The notes below the pieces were generated by a model, which saw nothing but the letters and a program-made list of their open reading frames with translations, was not told the origin of the DNA and ran no database searches. The translations under genes were made by a program, and so were the position numbers. A stretch of 64,000 bases of DNA from an uncultured Alphaproteobacteria bacterium (lineage in GTDB: Bacteria > Pseudomonadota > Alphaproteobacteria > SHVP01), in the NCBI GenBank assembly GCA_964611585.1, contig CAZTAK010000003.1:1871-65870 (forward strand), read 5' to 3'. Shown here in pieces: positions 1 through 8,787 of this stretch. How positions within the stretch are numbered: the first letter of the stretch is position 1; each line of letters begins with the position of its first letter.

Positions 1-202
1 GTTGCCGAAAATCCCGCGGCTGCGCATTATGGCCGGGCTCGCGTGTTGATCGCCAATCGGCCAATACCGGGTGGCAAGCGGAAAATGTACGGGGACCCCT
101 TTCGATGCAATTCCTTGAAGTCCGGGCCGCAGCGGCCACGACAGGCCGGCCGCGCGGTTCGTCTGCGGCAGGGCCCGCGGCAGGTATTGGGGCCATGGGG
201 CG

Positions 203-1060
203 ATGACAGCCGTGTTGTCCTTGCGTGAAGCCGTTGCGGACCTGATCCACGACGGCGATACAGTGGTAATGGAAGGATTCGCACAACTGATCCCGCACGC
301 CGCCGGGCACGAAGTGATTCGGCAGGGCCGCAAGAACCTGACGCTCATTCGCATGACGCCTGACCTGATGTTCGACCAGATGATCGGGATGGGCTGCGCG
401 CGAAAGCTGATCTTTTCATGGGGAGGAAGCCCGGGTGTCGGGTCGCTGCACCGTTTTCGCGATGCGGTTGAGAACGGCTGGCCGCACGCCCTCGAACTCG
501 ACGAACACTCTCACGGCGCCATGGCGAGCGCTTTAGAGGCCGGTGCTGCCGGATTGCCGCTGGCGGTGTTCCGGGGCTATCTCGGCACCGACTTCGAAAA
601 GGTCAACCCAAACATCAAACGAATCGAATGTCCGTTCACCGGCGAAATGCTCGCCGCGGTGCCTTCCGTGCGCGCCGACGTGGCCGTCATTCATGCGCAG
701 CGGGCCGACCGCAAGGGAAACGTGCATCTTGCCGGCATTATCGGCGTGCAAAAGGAAGCGGTCATGGCGTCCGAGCGTGCCATCGTTACGGTGGAGGAAA
801 TTGTCGACGATCTCGGCGACATCGACATCAACGCTGTCTTGCTGCCGCAGTTCCTGATCGATGCCGTGTGCGAAGTTCCGCGCGGTGCCCATCCGTCCTA
901 CGCACAAGGCTATTACGAGCGGCACAACGGTTTCTACAAACGCTGGGACCCGATTTCGCGGGATCGCGATACCTTCATGCAGTGGATGGAGAAATACATT
1001 CTCGGCACCGCCGACTGGCCGGCGACGTGGGCAAGATTCGAGGAAGACGGTTATGTCTGA
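203..1060 (+). CDS. CoA-transferase family I subunit A (glutaconate/3-oxoacid CoA-transferase-like)
   Basis: 285-aa ORF with an N-terminal glycine-rich segment (GDTVVMEGF). Its stop overlaps the subunit B start (ATGTCTGA). Confidence 0.75.
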   Translation: MTAVLSLREAVADLIHDGDTVVMEGFAQLIPHAAGHEVIRQGRKNLTLIRMTPDLMFDQMIGMGCARKLIFSWGGSPGVGSLHRFRDAVENGWPHALELDEHSHGAMASALEAGAAGLPLAVFRGYLGTDFEKVNPNIKRIECPFTGEMLAAVPSVRADVAVIHAQRADRKGNVHLAGIIGVQKEAVMASERAIVTVEEIVDDLGDIDINAVLLPQFLIDAVCEVPRGAHPSYAQGYYERHNGFYKRWDPISRDRDTFMQWMEKYILGTADWPATWARFEEDGYV

Positions 1061-1847
1061 AACCGAAACGCTCGAGGCGGCCTACACGGCCGACGAAATC
1101 ATGACCCTCGAGGCATCGCGCTATCTTCGAAACGGCATGGTTTGCTTTGTCGGCATCGGCCTGCCGAGCGCGGCCTCGAACCTCGCCCGCCTGACCCATG
1201 CACCGGACGTGGTGTTGATTTACGAATCCGGCGCGATCGACACCAAACCCGACGTGCTGCCGCTATCGATCGGCGACAGCGAATTGGCCGAGACGGCACG
1301 CGCCATCGTCTCGGTGCCGGAAATGTTCCGCTATTGGTTGCAGGGCGGCCGCATCGACGTCGGGTTCCTGGGTGCGGCGCAGATCGACAGGTACGGCAAT
1401 ATCAACACCACCGTCATCGGCGACTATGCATCCCCCAAGATCCGGTTGCCGGGCGGTGGCGGGGCTCCCGAGATCGCGACCCAGAGTGGCGAGGTTTTCG
1501 TGTTGCTGCGGCAATCGCAACGGTCGTTCGTCGATAAAATCGATTTCATTACCACGGTCGGCCATTACCAGGGCGGCAACAGTACCGACAGGTTCAACAT
1601 TTCCGGCAAGGGGCCGACGGTGGTGATTACCGATCTCGGTGTGCTCAAGCCGCACCCGGAGACCCGGGAATTCATGATGACAAGCATGCACGAGGGCGTA
1701 ACCCGCGAGACCGCGGCGGCGGCAACCGGCTGGCCGCTCAAGTTCGCAGACGAAGTCCAGGTGACGCCGCCGCCGGGGGCGGCCGAACTCAAGATTCTGC
1801 GCGACCTTAACGAGCGCACCGCGAAAAAACACGGGGGCGAAATCTAA
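1053..1847 (+). CDS. CoA-transferase family I subunit B
   Basis: 264-aa ORF from ATG 1053 (MSETETLEAAYTADEIM). The 861 extension in the ORF track lacks protein-like sequence. The conserved segment GGGGAPE is present. Confidence 0.75.
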   Translation: MSETETLEAAYTADEIMTLEASRYLRNGMVCFVGIGLPSAASNLARLTHAPDVVLIYESGAIDTKPDVLPLSIGDSELAETARAIVSVPEMFRYWLQGGRIDVGFLGAAQIDRYGNINTTVIGDYASPKIRLPGGGGAPEIATQSGEVFVLLRQSQRSFVDKIDFITTVGHYQGGNSTDRFNISGKGPTVVITDLGVLKPHPETREFMMTSMHEGVTRETAAAATGWPLKFADEVQVTPPPGAAELKILRDLNERTAKKHGGEI

Positions 1848-2029
1848 ATGTACTTTTCCCAGTACTTAGCTGTTAGTTCCTGACGAAATCTGTTCCTACA
1901 CGTGTCCGAGCAGAAGCGTTTTCGACCTATTCCCTTGTGAAGTTGTGAGAATGGCGAGCCGCACCAATCGCATTCGCGCCCGGGAATCGCCGCTGCGAGG
2001 AGGACACAAATCGTGCCATGTAAGAGCAC
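1844..2029 (-). CDS. hypothetical small zinc-ribbon protein (Cx2C...Cx3C, DUF2256-like C-terminus)
   Basis: Tail of ORF 1844..2443 outside the peptidase gene, ending ECDWCGSPFSQLHKGIGRKRFCSDTCRNRF. It lies in an AT-rich pocket with no in-frame ATG, so the start is an assumed GTG at 2029. Weak call. Confidence 0.25.
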   Translation of the reverse strand: MLLHGTICVLLAAAIPGRECDWCGSPFSQLHKGIGRKRFCSDTCRNRFRQELTAKYWEKYI

Positions 2030-2070
2030 ACCTTTCGCGACCGCGCTTAAAGGGGTTCGCACAGATACGG

Positions 2071-2919
2071 CTACATCAACCGAGTTCCTTCGGGAACCAC
2101 CGCGCCGTCCGTCGTCTTGTAGGGAATGGGCACGGATTTCTCCGAGGCGGGAAGGTCGCGGACGGCGTGATTGTTCCAGGTTTGCCATTCCGACAGTTTG
2201 TACAGTGCGACCGGATCGATATAGCGCACGTCCTTGGGCAGGATCGACTGTTCGTTCGACGTGTACTCGCCCGTGTCGGCGGCCAAAATCGTCAGGTGCA
2301 AGTGCGGATAGCCCTTGCGCCCATAGTGGCCGCCCTGGGTTCCGGTCTTGCCGGAATAGCCGATAACCTGCCCCATGGTCACGCGCTCGCCCACCGCGAG
2401 GTCGAGAAGCTCGCGGAAATGCTTGTATTTCGAATAGATCCATACCGGGAGGCCGGTATCCTCCGGCGAGTGACGCAGGAAGACTTGGTTCCCGACCAGG
2501 CGTGCGCCTGAAAACAGATGCACGACTTCGCCATCGGCCAACGCCACCACCGATGTCCCTTCGTCCGCCGATATGTCGGAGCCGCCGTGAAAACCGTGAT
2601 TGGCGTCGAGCCTTCGCGCGTTGCCGTCGAAGCGGGTCCTGTCGCCGAAGGTCGACGCGACTTCGAGGCAGCTTGCGCCACGCGGATACACAGGGACGAC
2701 CCCGGTGTTAAACAGGCCGGCGCGCTCCTGCACCTCGAGCATGGCCGCCGGGTGCATCGGGTTTTGGCGCATCGCCTCGGTGACTGCCTGCGTCAGCGTC
2801 TCGTTTTTGCTGCGCCCGCCGCGCTGGCGGTTGCCACGCCCTTGGGCCCAGGCATCGCCGATGACGGCCAGGGTCAACACCACGGCAAGGGTGCCGATGA
2901 CAAGATTGCGGAGCATCAT
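2071..2919 (-). CDS. M23 family metallopeptidase (secreted)
   Basis: HGGSDISADEGTSVVA...HLHL peptidase M23 motifs. Signal peptide MMLRNLVIGTLAVVLTLAV. GAGGAA ribosome-binding site 7 nt upstream of ATG 2919. Confidence 0.8.
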   Translation of the reverse strand: MMLRNLVIGTLAVVLTLAVIGDAWAQGRGNRQRGGRSKNETLTQAVTEAMRQNPMHPAAMLEVQERAGLFNTGVVPVYPRGASCLEVASTFGDRTRFDGNARRLDANHGFHGGSDISADEGTSVVALADGEVVHLFSGARLVGNQVFLRHSPEDTGLPVWIYSKYKHFRELLDLAVGERVTMGQVIGYSGKTGTQGGHYGRKGYPHLHLTILAADTGEYTSNEQSILPKDVRYIDPVALYKLSEWQTWNNHAVRDLPASEKSVPIPYKTTDGAVVPEGTRLM

Positions 2920-3051
2920 TTTGAGTTTCCTCGCGCCGCCTGGCACCGCTCGTAGGGGCTGGCGGCGGCTTTTGCCCCCGACGGCGCGGTGCCGGTCGGT
3001 TCGGTCGCAAAATAATATGCGGGTTTGATTCTGCCCACGGCGGCGTGCCGA

Positions 3052-3333
3052 TCAGAGATCGTCCGGCAGCGGCGCCGACGAGGTGATCCTGGCTTCCGCG
3101 GCAGCGGCCGGTAGGGCGGATTCGACGGAAACTGCGCTTTCGTTCCGCGGCAGAACTTCCAGTGGAAACGGTCCCCAGTGGAACGGGCGGTCTTTCGAGC
3201 ACGGATAGAGGATCATGTGGGGTTGTTCCGTTCGAGTCGGGCACGGAGCAGAGCCTGCATCGGCCAACAGGCGCGCGCTCGCAAATGGTACAGCAATATG
3301 GCGGCGATTCAACTGCGCCGGAGCGTTTGGCAT
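3052..3333 (-). CDS. hypothetical protein (93 aa)
   Basis: ATG at 3333 preceded by AGGAGA 9 nt upstream. No recognisable family. Moderately atypical GC3. Internal CCAGTGGAA direct repeat. Confidence 0.25.
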   Translation of the reverse strand: MPNAPAQLNRRHIAVPFASARLLADAGSAPCPTRTEQPHMILYPCSKDRPFHWGPFPLEVLPRNESAVSVESALPAAAAEARITSSAPLPDDL

Positions 3334-3508
3334 CAGGGATGTTCTCCTAGCCCCGATTGGTGCTCGTGTCTTGTTCGTGACATAGTCTTGTTCGTGACAG
3401 CATAAGTGTCTTCAAACGATTTTCCTTCCGCATGGATTCCTTTCGTAAGCAGCCGCAGATGGCGGTGGCGGAACTGCGGTTATCGACCCGCGCCAAGTTG
3501 CGGGTTCG

Positions 3509-4789
3509 TTGTGCGACGTTGACCGCGTCCCCGTGACCGCGCCAGCGGAGGCCCGGACCTTCGAGCCGCACCGCCACCCCTATCGCTGGGCGGTGCTGGC
3601 GGGCGTATGGCTGATCTATTTTTCGTTCGGCCTCTTGCAGTCGGCAATGGCGCCGCTGGTGGCGCCGATTAGCGCCGATCTCCGCCTCAGCCATACGGCG
3701 ATGGGAAGCATTCTGGGCGCCTGGCCACTGGTGTACATCTTCGTGGCGGTCCCGTGCGGCGCCCTGATCGACCGTGCCGGGCTCAAGTGGTCGCTGTTGC
3801 TGGCGGCGGGGATCATGGCGGCCTCGGGCGTGCTCAGAGCGGTTGCCTTCGATCACCTGACGATGTTTCTCGCCGTGGCCCTGTTCGGTTTGGGAGGGCC
3901 GCTGATTTCGATCGGTGCGCCCAAGGCCATCGCCCAGTGGTTTCAGGGGCCGGAGCGCGGGCTTGCCATGGGCATCTCCATCACCGGCCCCAGTCTCGGC
4001 GTCATGCTTGCGCTTGCTTTGACGAACAGCGTGTTCATGCCGTGGCTCGAGGGCGACTGGCACGCGGTGTTGTTGGTGTATTCCGGGTTCATCGTGGCGG
4101 CGGGCGTCGTGTGGCTGGTGCTCGCCAGTCACCGAGCGGTCCGAATGGCGGAACCGGCAGGTAGCGGGCATGCGTCGATTGCCGGCCAGCTTGACATATT
4201 CGTGGAATTGCTGCGGCTCCGGGCGGTGCAGCTCGTGCTGCTGATGGGCACGGGAATATTCTTTTTCTATCACGGCCTCGCCAACTGGCTGCCGGAGATT
4301 CTGCGTTCGGGCGGCATGGATGCGACCGCCGCGGGCTTGTGGGCGTCGGTGCCGGTCGCGGTCGGAATCATCGGCGCGTTGATCATTCCGCGGCTGGCGA
4401 CGCCGCCGCGCCGGTTTGCGATTTTGTTAGGGCTCTCTGTGTGTATCACGGCGGGCGTTTTATTTCTGTTCATCGACACCGTACCGGGCCTGGTTGCGGC
4501 GGTCCTGTTCTGGGGAATTGCGCGCGGCTCGCTGATGACAATCACGGTGTTGGTGCTGATGGAAACTCGTGGCGTCGATGCCGGGCACATCGGGGCCGCC
4601 GGTGGATTGTTCTTCTCGGCGGCCGAGATCGGCGGAGTGCTGGGCCCGCTAACTCTCGGCATAATGTCGGATGCGACCGGCGGTTTCGATGCCGGGCTCT
4701 GGCTTCTTGCGGGCGTGGGCGTGACCCTGATGGCGATCCTGTTCGTTCACCGCGCTAGCGAAGCGCGCGGGCCGGCGTCCGCCGAATAG
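3509..4789 (+). CDS. MFS transporter
   Basis: 426-aa ORF with about 12 hydrophobic helices and the MFS loop motif GALIDRAG. The start is an alternative codon, so the precise start is uncertain. Confidence 0.8.
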   Translation: MCDVDRVPVTAPAEARTFEPHRHPYRWAVLAGVWLIYFSFGLLQSAMAPLVAPISADLRLSHTAMGSILGAWPLVYIFVAVPCGALIDRAGLKWSLLLAAGIMAASGVLRAVAFDHLTMFLAVALFGLGGPLISIGAPKAIAQWFQGPERGLAMGISITGPSLGVMLALALTNSVFMPWLEGDWHAVLLVYSGFIVAAGVVWLVLASHRAVRMAEPAGSGHASIAGQLDIFVELLRLRAVQLVLLMGTGIFFFYHGLANWLPEILRSGGMDATAAGLWASVPVAVGIIGALIIPRLATPPRRFAILLGLSVCITAGVLFLFIDTVPGLVAAVLFWGIARGSLMTITVLVLMETRGVDAGHIGAAGGLFFSAAEIGGVLGPLTLGIMSDATGGFDAGLWLLAGVGVTLMAILFVHRASEARGPASAE

Positions 4790-4896
4790 AGTCGGAGTGC
4801 GGTCGCAAGGGTCCCGTGGTATTGAATCTCCGATGCTGACACACCTCCATGCGGACACATGAGACCGCCTGGCAGTAAGAATTTTGGATTAGAACA

Positions 4897-5781
4897 ATGT
4901 ACCTTCTTCGATCATTGTTATTTGCGCCCGGCAACCATGCCCGCCGCGTCGAAAAAGCGCTGACGCTGGATGCGGATGCGGTCATTCTCGACCTCGAGGA
5001 TGCGGTGCCGGTGGACGAAAAAATCCCGACGCGGGCGCTCGTCGCCGCGGCGCTGAGGGCTCCGCGCCCCAAGGGGCCGCGCGGGTACATCCGGGTGAAC
5101 GGCTACGACACGGACCTCTGTTTCGGTGATCTGGAGGCGGTCATCGCACCCGGTGTCGACGGCATTGTGCTGCCGATGGTGGAATCGGCGCTGCATTTGC
5201 AGGCGGTCGACTGGGTGATGGCAAATCTCGAACGCAGCCGCGGCCTCGAACCGGGGGCGATCGATCTCGTTCCAATCATCGAAACCGGGCTCGGTCTGGC
5301 CCGGGCCGGCGAAATAGCCGCCTCGGACACCCGGGTGCGTTGCCTTTCCTTCGGAGCGGCCGATTTTACCGCCGACATGAAAATGATCTGGACCCCGGAG
5401 GAGCAGGAATTGAACGAGGCGCGTGCCCGCGTGGTACTCGAAAGCCGCGCCGCCGAACTCGACCCGCCGGTTGATACGGTCTTCGCCGACCTCAACGACG
5501 AAGAAAACGCCGAACGCTCTGCGGTTCGCGCGCGTCAAATGGGCTTTCAAGGCAAGCTCTGCATTCACCCCAAGCAGGTCGAGGCCATCAACCGTGCCTT
5601 TACGCCTGGCGCCGAAGAGATGGCAAAAGCCGAAAAAATCCTCGCCGCTTTTGCCGAAGCAGAGGCCGAGGGCTCGGCGTCGATTCAGGTGGACGGTTAT
5701 TTCGTCGATTACGCGATCGTCGTGCGCGCCCGGCGCACGCTGGCGCTCTCGAATCAGATCCGCGAAAAAGAGAAGGCGTAG
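4897..5781 (+). CDS. CitE-like CoA-ester lyase (HpcH/HpaI aldolase/citrate lyase beta family; malyl-/citramalyl-CoA lyase-like)
   Basis: 294 aa with the DLEDAVPVDEK...GIVLPMVES signature of the CitE family. No citD or citF nearby, so it is a stand-alone CoA-ester lyase. Confidence 0.8.
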   Translation: MYLLRSLLFAPGNHARRVEKALTLDADAVILDLEDAVPVDEKIPTRALVAAALRAPRPKGPRGYIRVNGYDTDLCFGDLEAVIAPGVDGIVLPMVESALHLQAVDWVMANLERSRGLEPGAIDLVPIIETGLGLARAGEIAASDTRVRCLSFGAADFTADMKMIWTPEEQELNEARARVVLESRAAELDPPVDTVFADLNDEENAERSAVRARQMGFQGKLCIHPKQVEAINRAFTPGAEEMAKAEKILAAFAEAEAEGSASIQVDGYFVDYAIVVRARRTLALSNQIREKEKA

Positions 5782-5806
5782 TCTTGCGCGGGGAACTCGG
5801 AGAGAC

Positions 5807-6835
5807 GTGACCTTCCGAATCAACGAGCCCAACCTGCAAGTGCGCGTGCGCCGCATCCCGGACGGCATCCCCGATCCCGACGACCTCGAGGTGGTCGAGG
5901 CGCCGGTGCTGGAACCGGGCGCGGGCGAAATTCTTGCCCGCACGATCTATCTTGCCATCGACCCCTACGTGCGGTCACGCCTGTCGGGGCGGCACTTCGA
6001 CGGCCAGCCGCAGGCGGGCGACTTGATGTTGGGCCGCACCGTCAGCGAGGTGCTGCACTCGAATGTTCCCGGCGTCGCGGCGGGCGATCTGGTCAACATC
6101 GAATCCGGAATGCAAAAGTATGCCGTCGTCGATGATTCGGAACTGCTCAAGGTCGATGCCTCGGCAGCGCCGCTCACGACCAATCTCGGCATCCTCGGGA
6201 TGCCGGGTCTCACGTCGTGGGCGGGGATTTGCGTGCTTGATCCGATCAACGCGGGCGAGACGATACTGGTCTCGGCGGCCTCGGGCGCGGTCGGATCGAT
6301 GGTCGGCCAGATTGCGCAGATCAGGGGCGCGCGCGCCATCGGACTTGCCGGGTCGGCCGACAAGTGCGCCTGGATCGTGGAGGAGGCGGGCTTCGAGGCC
6401 TGCCTTAACTACAAGGACCCGGGTTGGTCGGACGACCTCAGGGCGCTGCGTCCGGAAGGCGTCGACGTCTATTTCGACAACGCGGGCGGCAAGGTTCTGG
6501 ACACCATCGTCCGCCGCCACCTGGCGATGTATTCGCGCGTTCTGATCTGCGGCCTGATTTCGCAATACAATCTCAAGGAGGCGCCGCCGGGGCCCAATCT
6601 CGGGCCCCTCGTCAGCAAGCGCGCAAAGATCGTTGGGCTGGTGGTCTATGACTTTGAGGACCGCCGCCGCGACTTTTTGCGTGAGGCGATTCCGTGGTTT
6701 CAGGCCGGCCGACTCAAGTACAAGGAAGAGATCAGCGTCGGGATCGAATCCGTTCCAGCCGCGTTTTCGCGCCTGATGAGCGGGCAGAACTTCGGCAAGA
6801 CCATCGTGCGCGTCAGCGACGAACCCGCTCCCTAA
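5807..6835 (+). CDS. NADP-dependent oxidoreductase, MDR superfamily (YncB/CurA/prostaglandin-reductase-like ene-reductase)
   Basis: GTG start at 5807 after GGAGAGA. Rossmann motif AASGAVGSMVGQIA. C-terminus QNFGKTIV typical of this subfamily. Confidence 0.8.
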   Translation: MTFRINEPNLQVRVRRIPDGIPDPDDLEVVEAPVLEPGAGEILARTIYLAIDPYVRSRLSGRHFDGQPQAGDLMLGRTVSEVLHSNVPGVAAGDLVNIESGMQKYAVVDDSELLKVDASAAPLTTNLGILGMPGLTSWAGICVLDPINAGETILVSAASGAVGSMVGQIAQIRGARAIGLAGSADKCAWIVEEAGFEACLNYKDPGWSDDLRALRPEGVDVYFDNAGGKVLDTIVRRHLAMYSRVLICGLISQYNLKEAPPGPNLGPLVSKRAKIVGLVVYDFEDRRRDFLREAIPWFQAGRLKYKEEISVGIESVPAAFSRLMSGQNFGKTIVRVSDEPAP

Positions 6836-6993
6836 GATCTCGAACAGAGTGACGGGGCCGCCGGCGGCGCGCCCCAATCGCGTGTGACCCGCGTTGCCAT
6901 ATAGGGCATGCCAGTTTCTTCCAAAAGGATGTTTGCCTTCTGTCCGTTTGCGGTCGGGAGATACAAGATCTCCATTCTGGTTTTGTCGGTCAT
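6832..6993 (-). pseudogene. glutathione S-transferase N-terminal remnant (about 53 codons)
   Basis: MTDKTRMEILYLPTANGQKANILLEETGMPY resembles a GST N-terminus (compare the intact GST at 31026..31724, MIDFYYWPTSNGRKVAIMFEETGIEF). It is truncated after about 50 aa and sits in an AT-rich sequence. Confidence 0.4.
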
Positions 6994-7763
6994 GGTGTCG
7001 CTTGCGCGGCAAGCGCAATAAGTGCGGCCATCGACACGGTTTGTTCGGTGGCGCCGAGGATGTCGCCGGTCTGGCCGCCGATCCGGCGCTTGACGAGCAC
7101 GCCCCAGAACGCGGCGGCGGCGGCGGCAAGGGCGATCAGTAGAATAGCGAGGCCCGCGGGTTGCAACACGAAGGCCGCGAGGCCCGACAGCCCTGCACCC
7201 AGCCATACCGGCCCCGCGTCCGGTTGCCCCAGGCTCGCCGCCATGCCGTCAGCGCGCGCAGGCGGCAGGATCGCGGCAAGGGCCGGAAGGCTTGCCCGCG
7301 ACAGCGCGCCTGAAACGATCAGCGCCGCCGCCACCGCACCCAGGTCTTCAAGGGCGGCAAGGGCCGCGGCCCGCACCCCGACGCTGAAGATCAGACCGAG
7401 GGCCCCGAACGCTCCGGTGCGGCTGTCGCGCATGATAGCCAGAATCTGGTCTGCGTCGTGGCCGCCACCGAATCCGTCGAGGGTGTCGGCGAGCCCGTCT
7501 TCGTGCAGCGCCCCTGTTGCCGCCGCCATTGCCGCGAGCGCGAGCAATGCAGAGACGAGGGCACCGAGACCGACCGCCTGGGCGAGGCCATACGCCAACG
7601 CACCGATCGCGCCGACTGCCATTCCCGCTACCGGATAGGCCCAAACCGCGCCCGCGGCCTGGTCGGGACTGGCGAGGCGCCCGAGCGGTCCGAGCGGCAG
7701 ACGCGTTAACAACTGGAACGCCGTCGCCACGTCGCCGAGCCCGCGCTGCAGCGGATCAGTCAC
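6990..7763 (-). CDS. cobS: adenosylcobinamide-GDP ribazoletransferase (cobalamin synthase)
   Basis: GTG start overlapping the cobT stop (GTGA). HEDGLADTLDG motif. Multi-pass membrane protein of 257 aa. Confidence 0.8.
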   Translation of the reverse strand: MTDPLQRGLGDVATAFQLLTRLPLGPLGRLASPDQAAGAVWAYPVAGMAVGAIGALAYGLAQAVGLGALVSALLALAAMAAATGALHEDGLADTLDGFGGGHDADQILAIMRDSRTGAFGALGLIFSVGVRAAALAALEDLGAVAAALIVSGALSRASLPALAAILPPARADGMAASLGQPDAGPVWLGAGLSGLAAFVLQPAGLAILLIALAAAAAAFWGVLVKRRIGGQTGDILGATEQTVSMAALIALAAQATP

Positions 7764-8787
7764 GGTTGTCGACCCCGGCCTCGTCGAAAGTCGCCATGCC
7801 GGTGTGGCAGGCCAGCGCCGCGCGGTAGATCGGGACAGCGAGCACCGCACCCGAGGCCTCGCCAAGCCGCATGCCGAAGTTGAGCACAGGTTGCATACCA
7901 AGCGCGTCTGCCAGACCCCGATGGCCTGTTTCCGCCGAGACGTGGGCGATGGTGGCGTGGTCGAGGCCGCCGTCGCGCAGGCATTCCAGTGGCGCCGCGC
8001 CGGCGGTACAGACGAACCCGTCGAGCAACACCGGAATCGCGTGGTGGCGCGCGGCCAGCACGGCGCCAAGGATCGCCGCCAGCTCGCGTCCGCCGAGATC
8101 GCGGGCGAGGTCGAGGGGGTCCGCCTCGGCCTCGCCGTGGCGCGCGATGCCTTCTTCGATGGCGGCGCGTTTGCGCTTGAGGCCCTCGTCGTCGAGGCCG
8201 GTTCCGCGCCCGGCCCAGTGACTGGCGGCGCCGCCGAACAGGGCCGCGGCCAAGGCCGCCGCGGGCGTGGTGTTGCCGATTCCCATCTCGCCCAGACACA
8301 ACAGGTCGGTGCCCGGCGCGACCGCGCCATAGCCAACCGAAACCGCTTCGAGGAACTCGGCTTCGTCCATGGCGGGGCCCACGGTGAAGTCCGCGGTCGG
8401 GCGGTCGAGCGCCAGCGGCATTACGCGAAGGTGCGCGTCCGCGTTTCGCGCAAGCTGGTTGATGGCGGCGCCGCCGGCCTCGAAGTTCGCCACCATTTGC
8501 GCCGTCACGCTCGGTGGGTAGGCCGACACGCCGCGTGCGGCGACGCCGTGGTTTCCGGCGAACACCAATATCTCGACCCGGTCCAGCGCCGGGTCGGCCC
8601 GGCCCTGCCAGCGCGCCAGCCACAGCACCATGTCCTCCAGCCGTCCGAGACTGCCGGGCGGTTTGGTGAGCCGGTCCTGGCGCGCGGCGGCGGCACTGAC
8701 CGCCTGCTCGTTTCCATCGGGAAGGTCGTCGCAGGCGTCGCGCAGGTCCTTGAGCGACTCGAAAGTTCCGGTGCGAATCTCGGTCAC
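7756..8787 (-). CDS. cobT: nicotinate-nucleotide--dimethylbenzimidazole phosphoribosyltransferase
   Basis: 343 aa with GEMGIGNTT and LLDGFVCTAGA motifs. Confidence 0.9.
   Translation of the reverse strand: MTEIRTGTFESLKDLRDACDDLPDGNEQAVSAAAARQDRLTKPPGSLGRLEDMVLWLARWQGRADPALDRVEILVFAGNHGVAARGVSAYPPSVTAQMVANFEAGGAAINQLARNADAHLRVMPLALDRPTADFTVGPAMDEAEFLEAVSVGYGAVAPGTDLLCLGEMGIGNTTPAAALAAALFGGAASHWAGRGTGLDDEGLKRKRAAIEEGIARHGEAEADPLDLARDLGGRELAAILGAVLAARHHAIPVLLDGFVCTAGAAPLECLRDGGLDHATIAHVSAETGHRGLADALGMQPVLNFGMRLGEASGAVLAVPIYRAALACHTGMATFDEAGVDNRD

Noticed and set aside
6990-8336. ORF-track 5' extensions of real genes (cobS to 8336, cobB to 10961, cobH, cobG, CoA-transferase B from 861, reductase from 5423, acpS from 46522, recO from 49206)
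   Set aside because: Extensions lack protein-like sequence. True starts were placed at ATG or GTG codons that give canonical N-termini and stop-start overlaps with the upstream gene.
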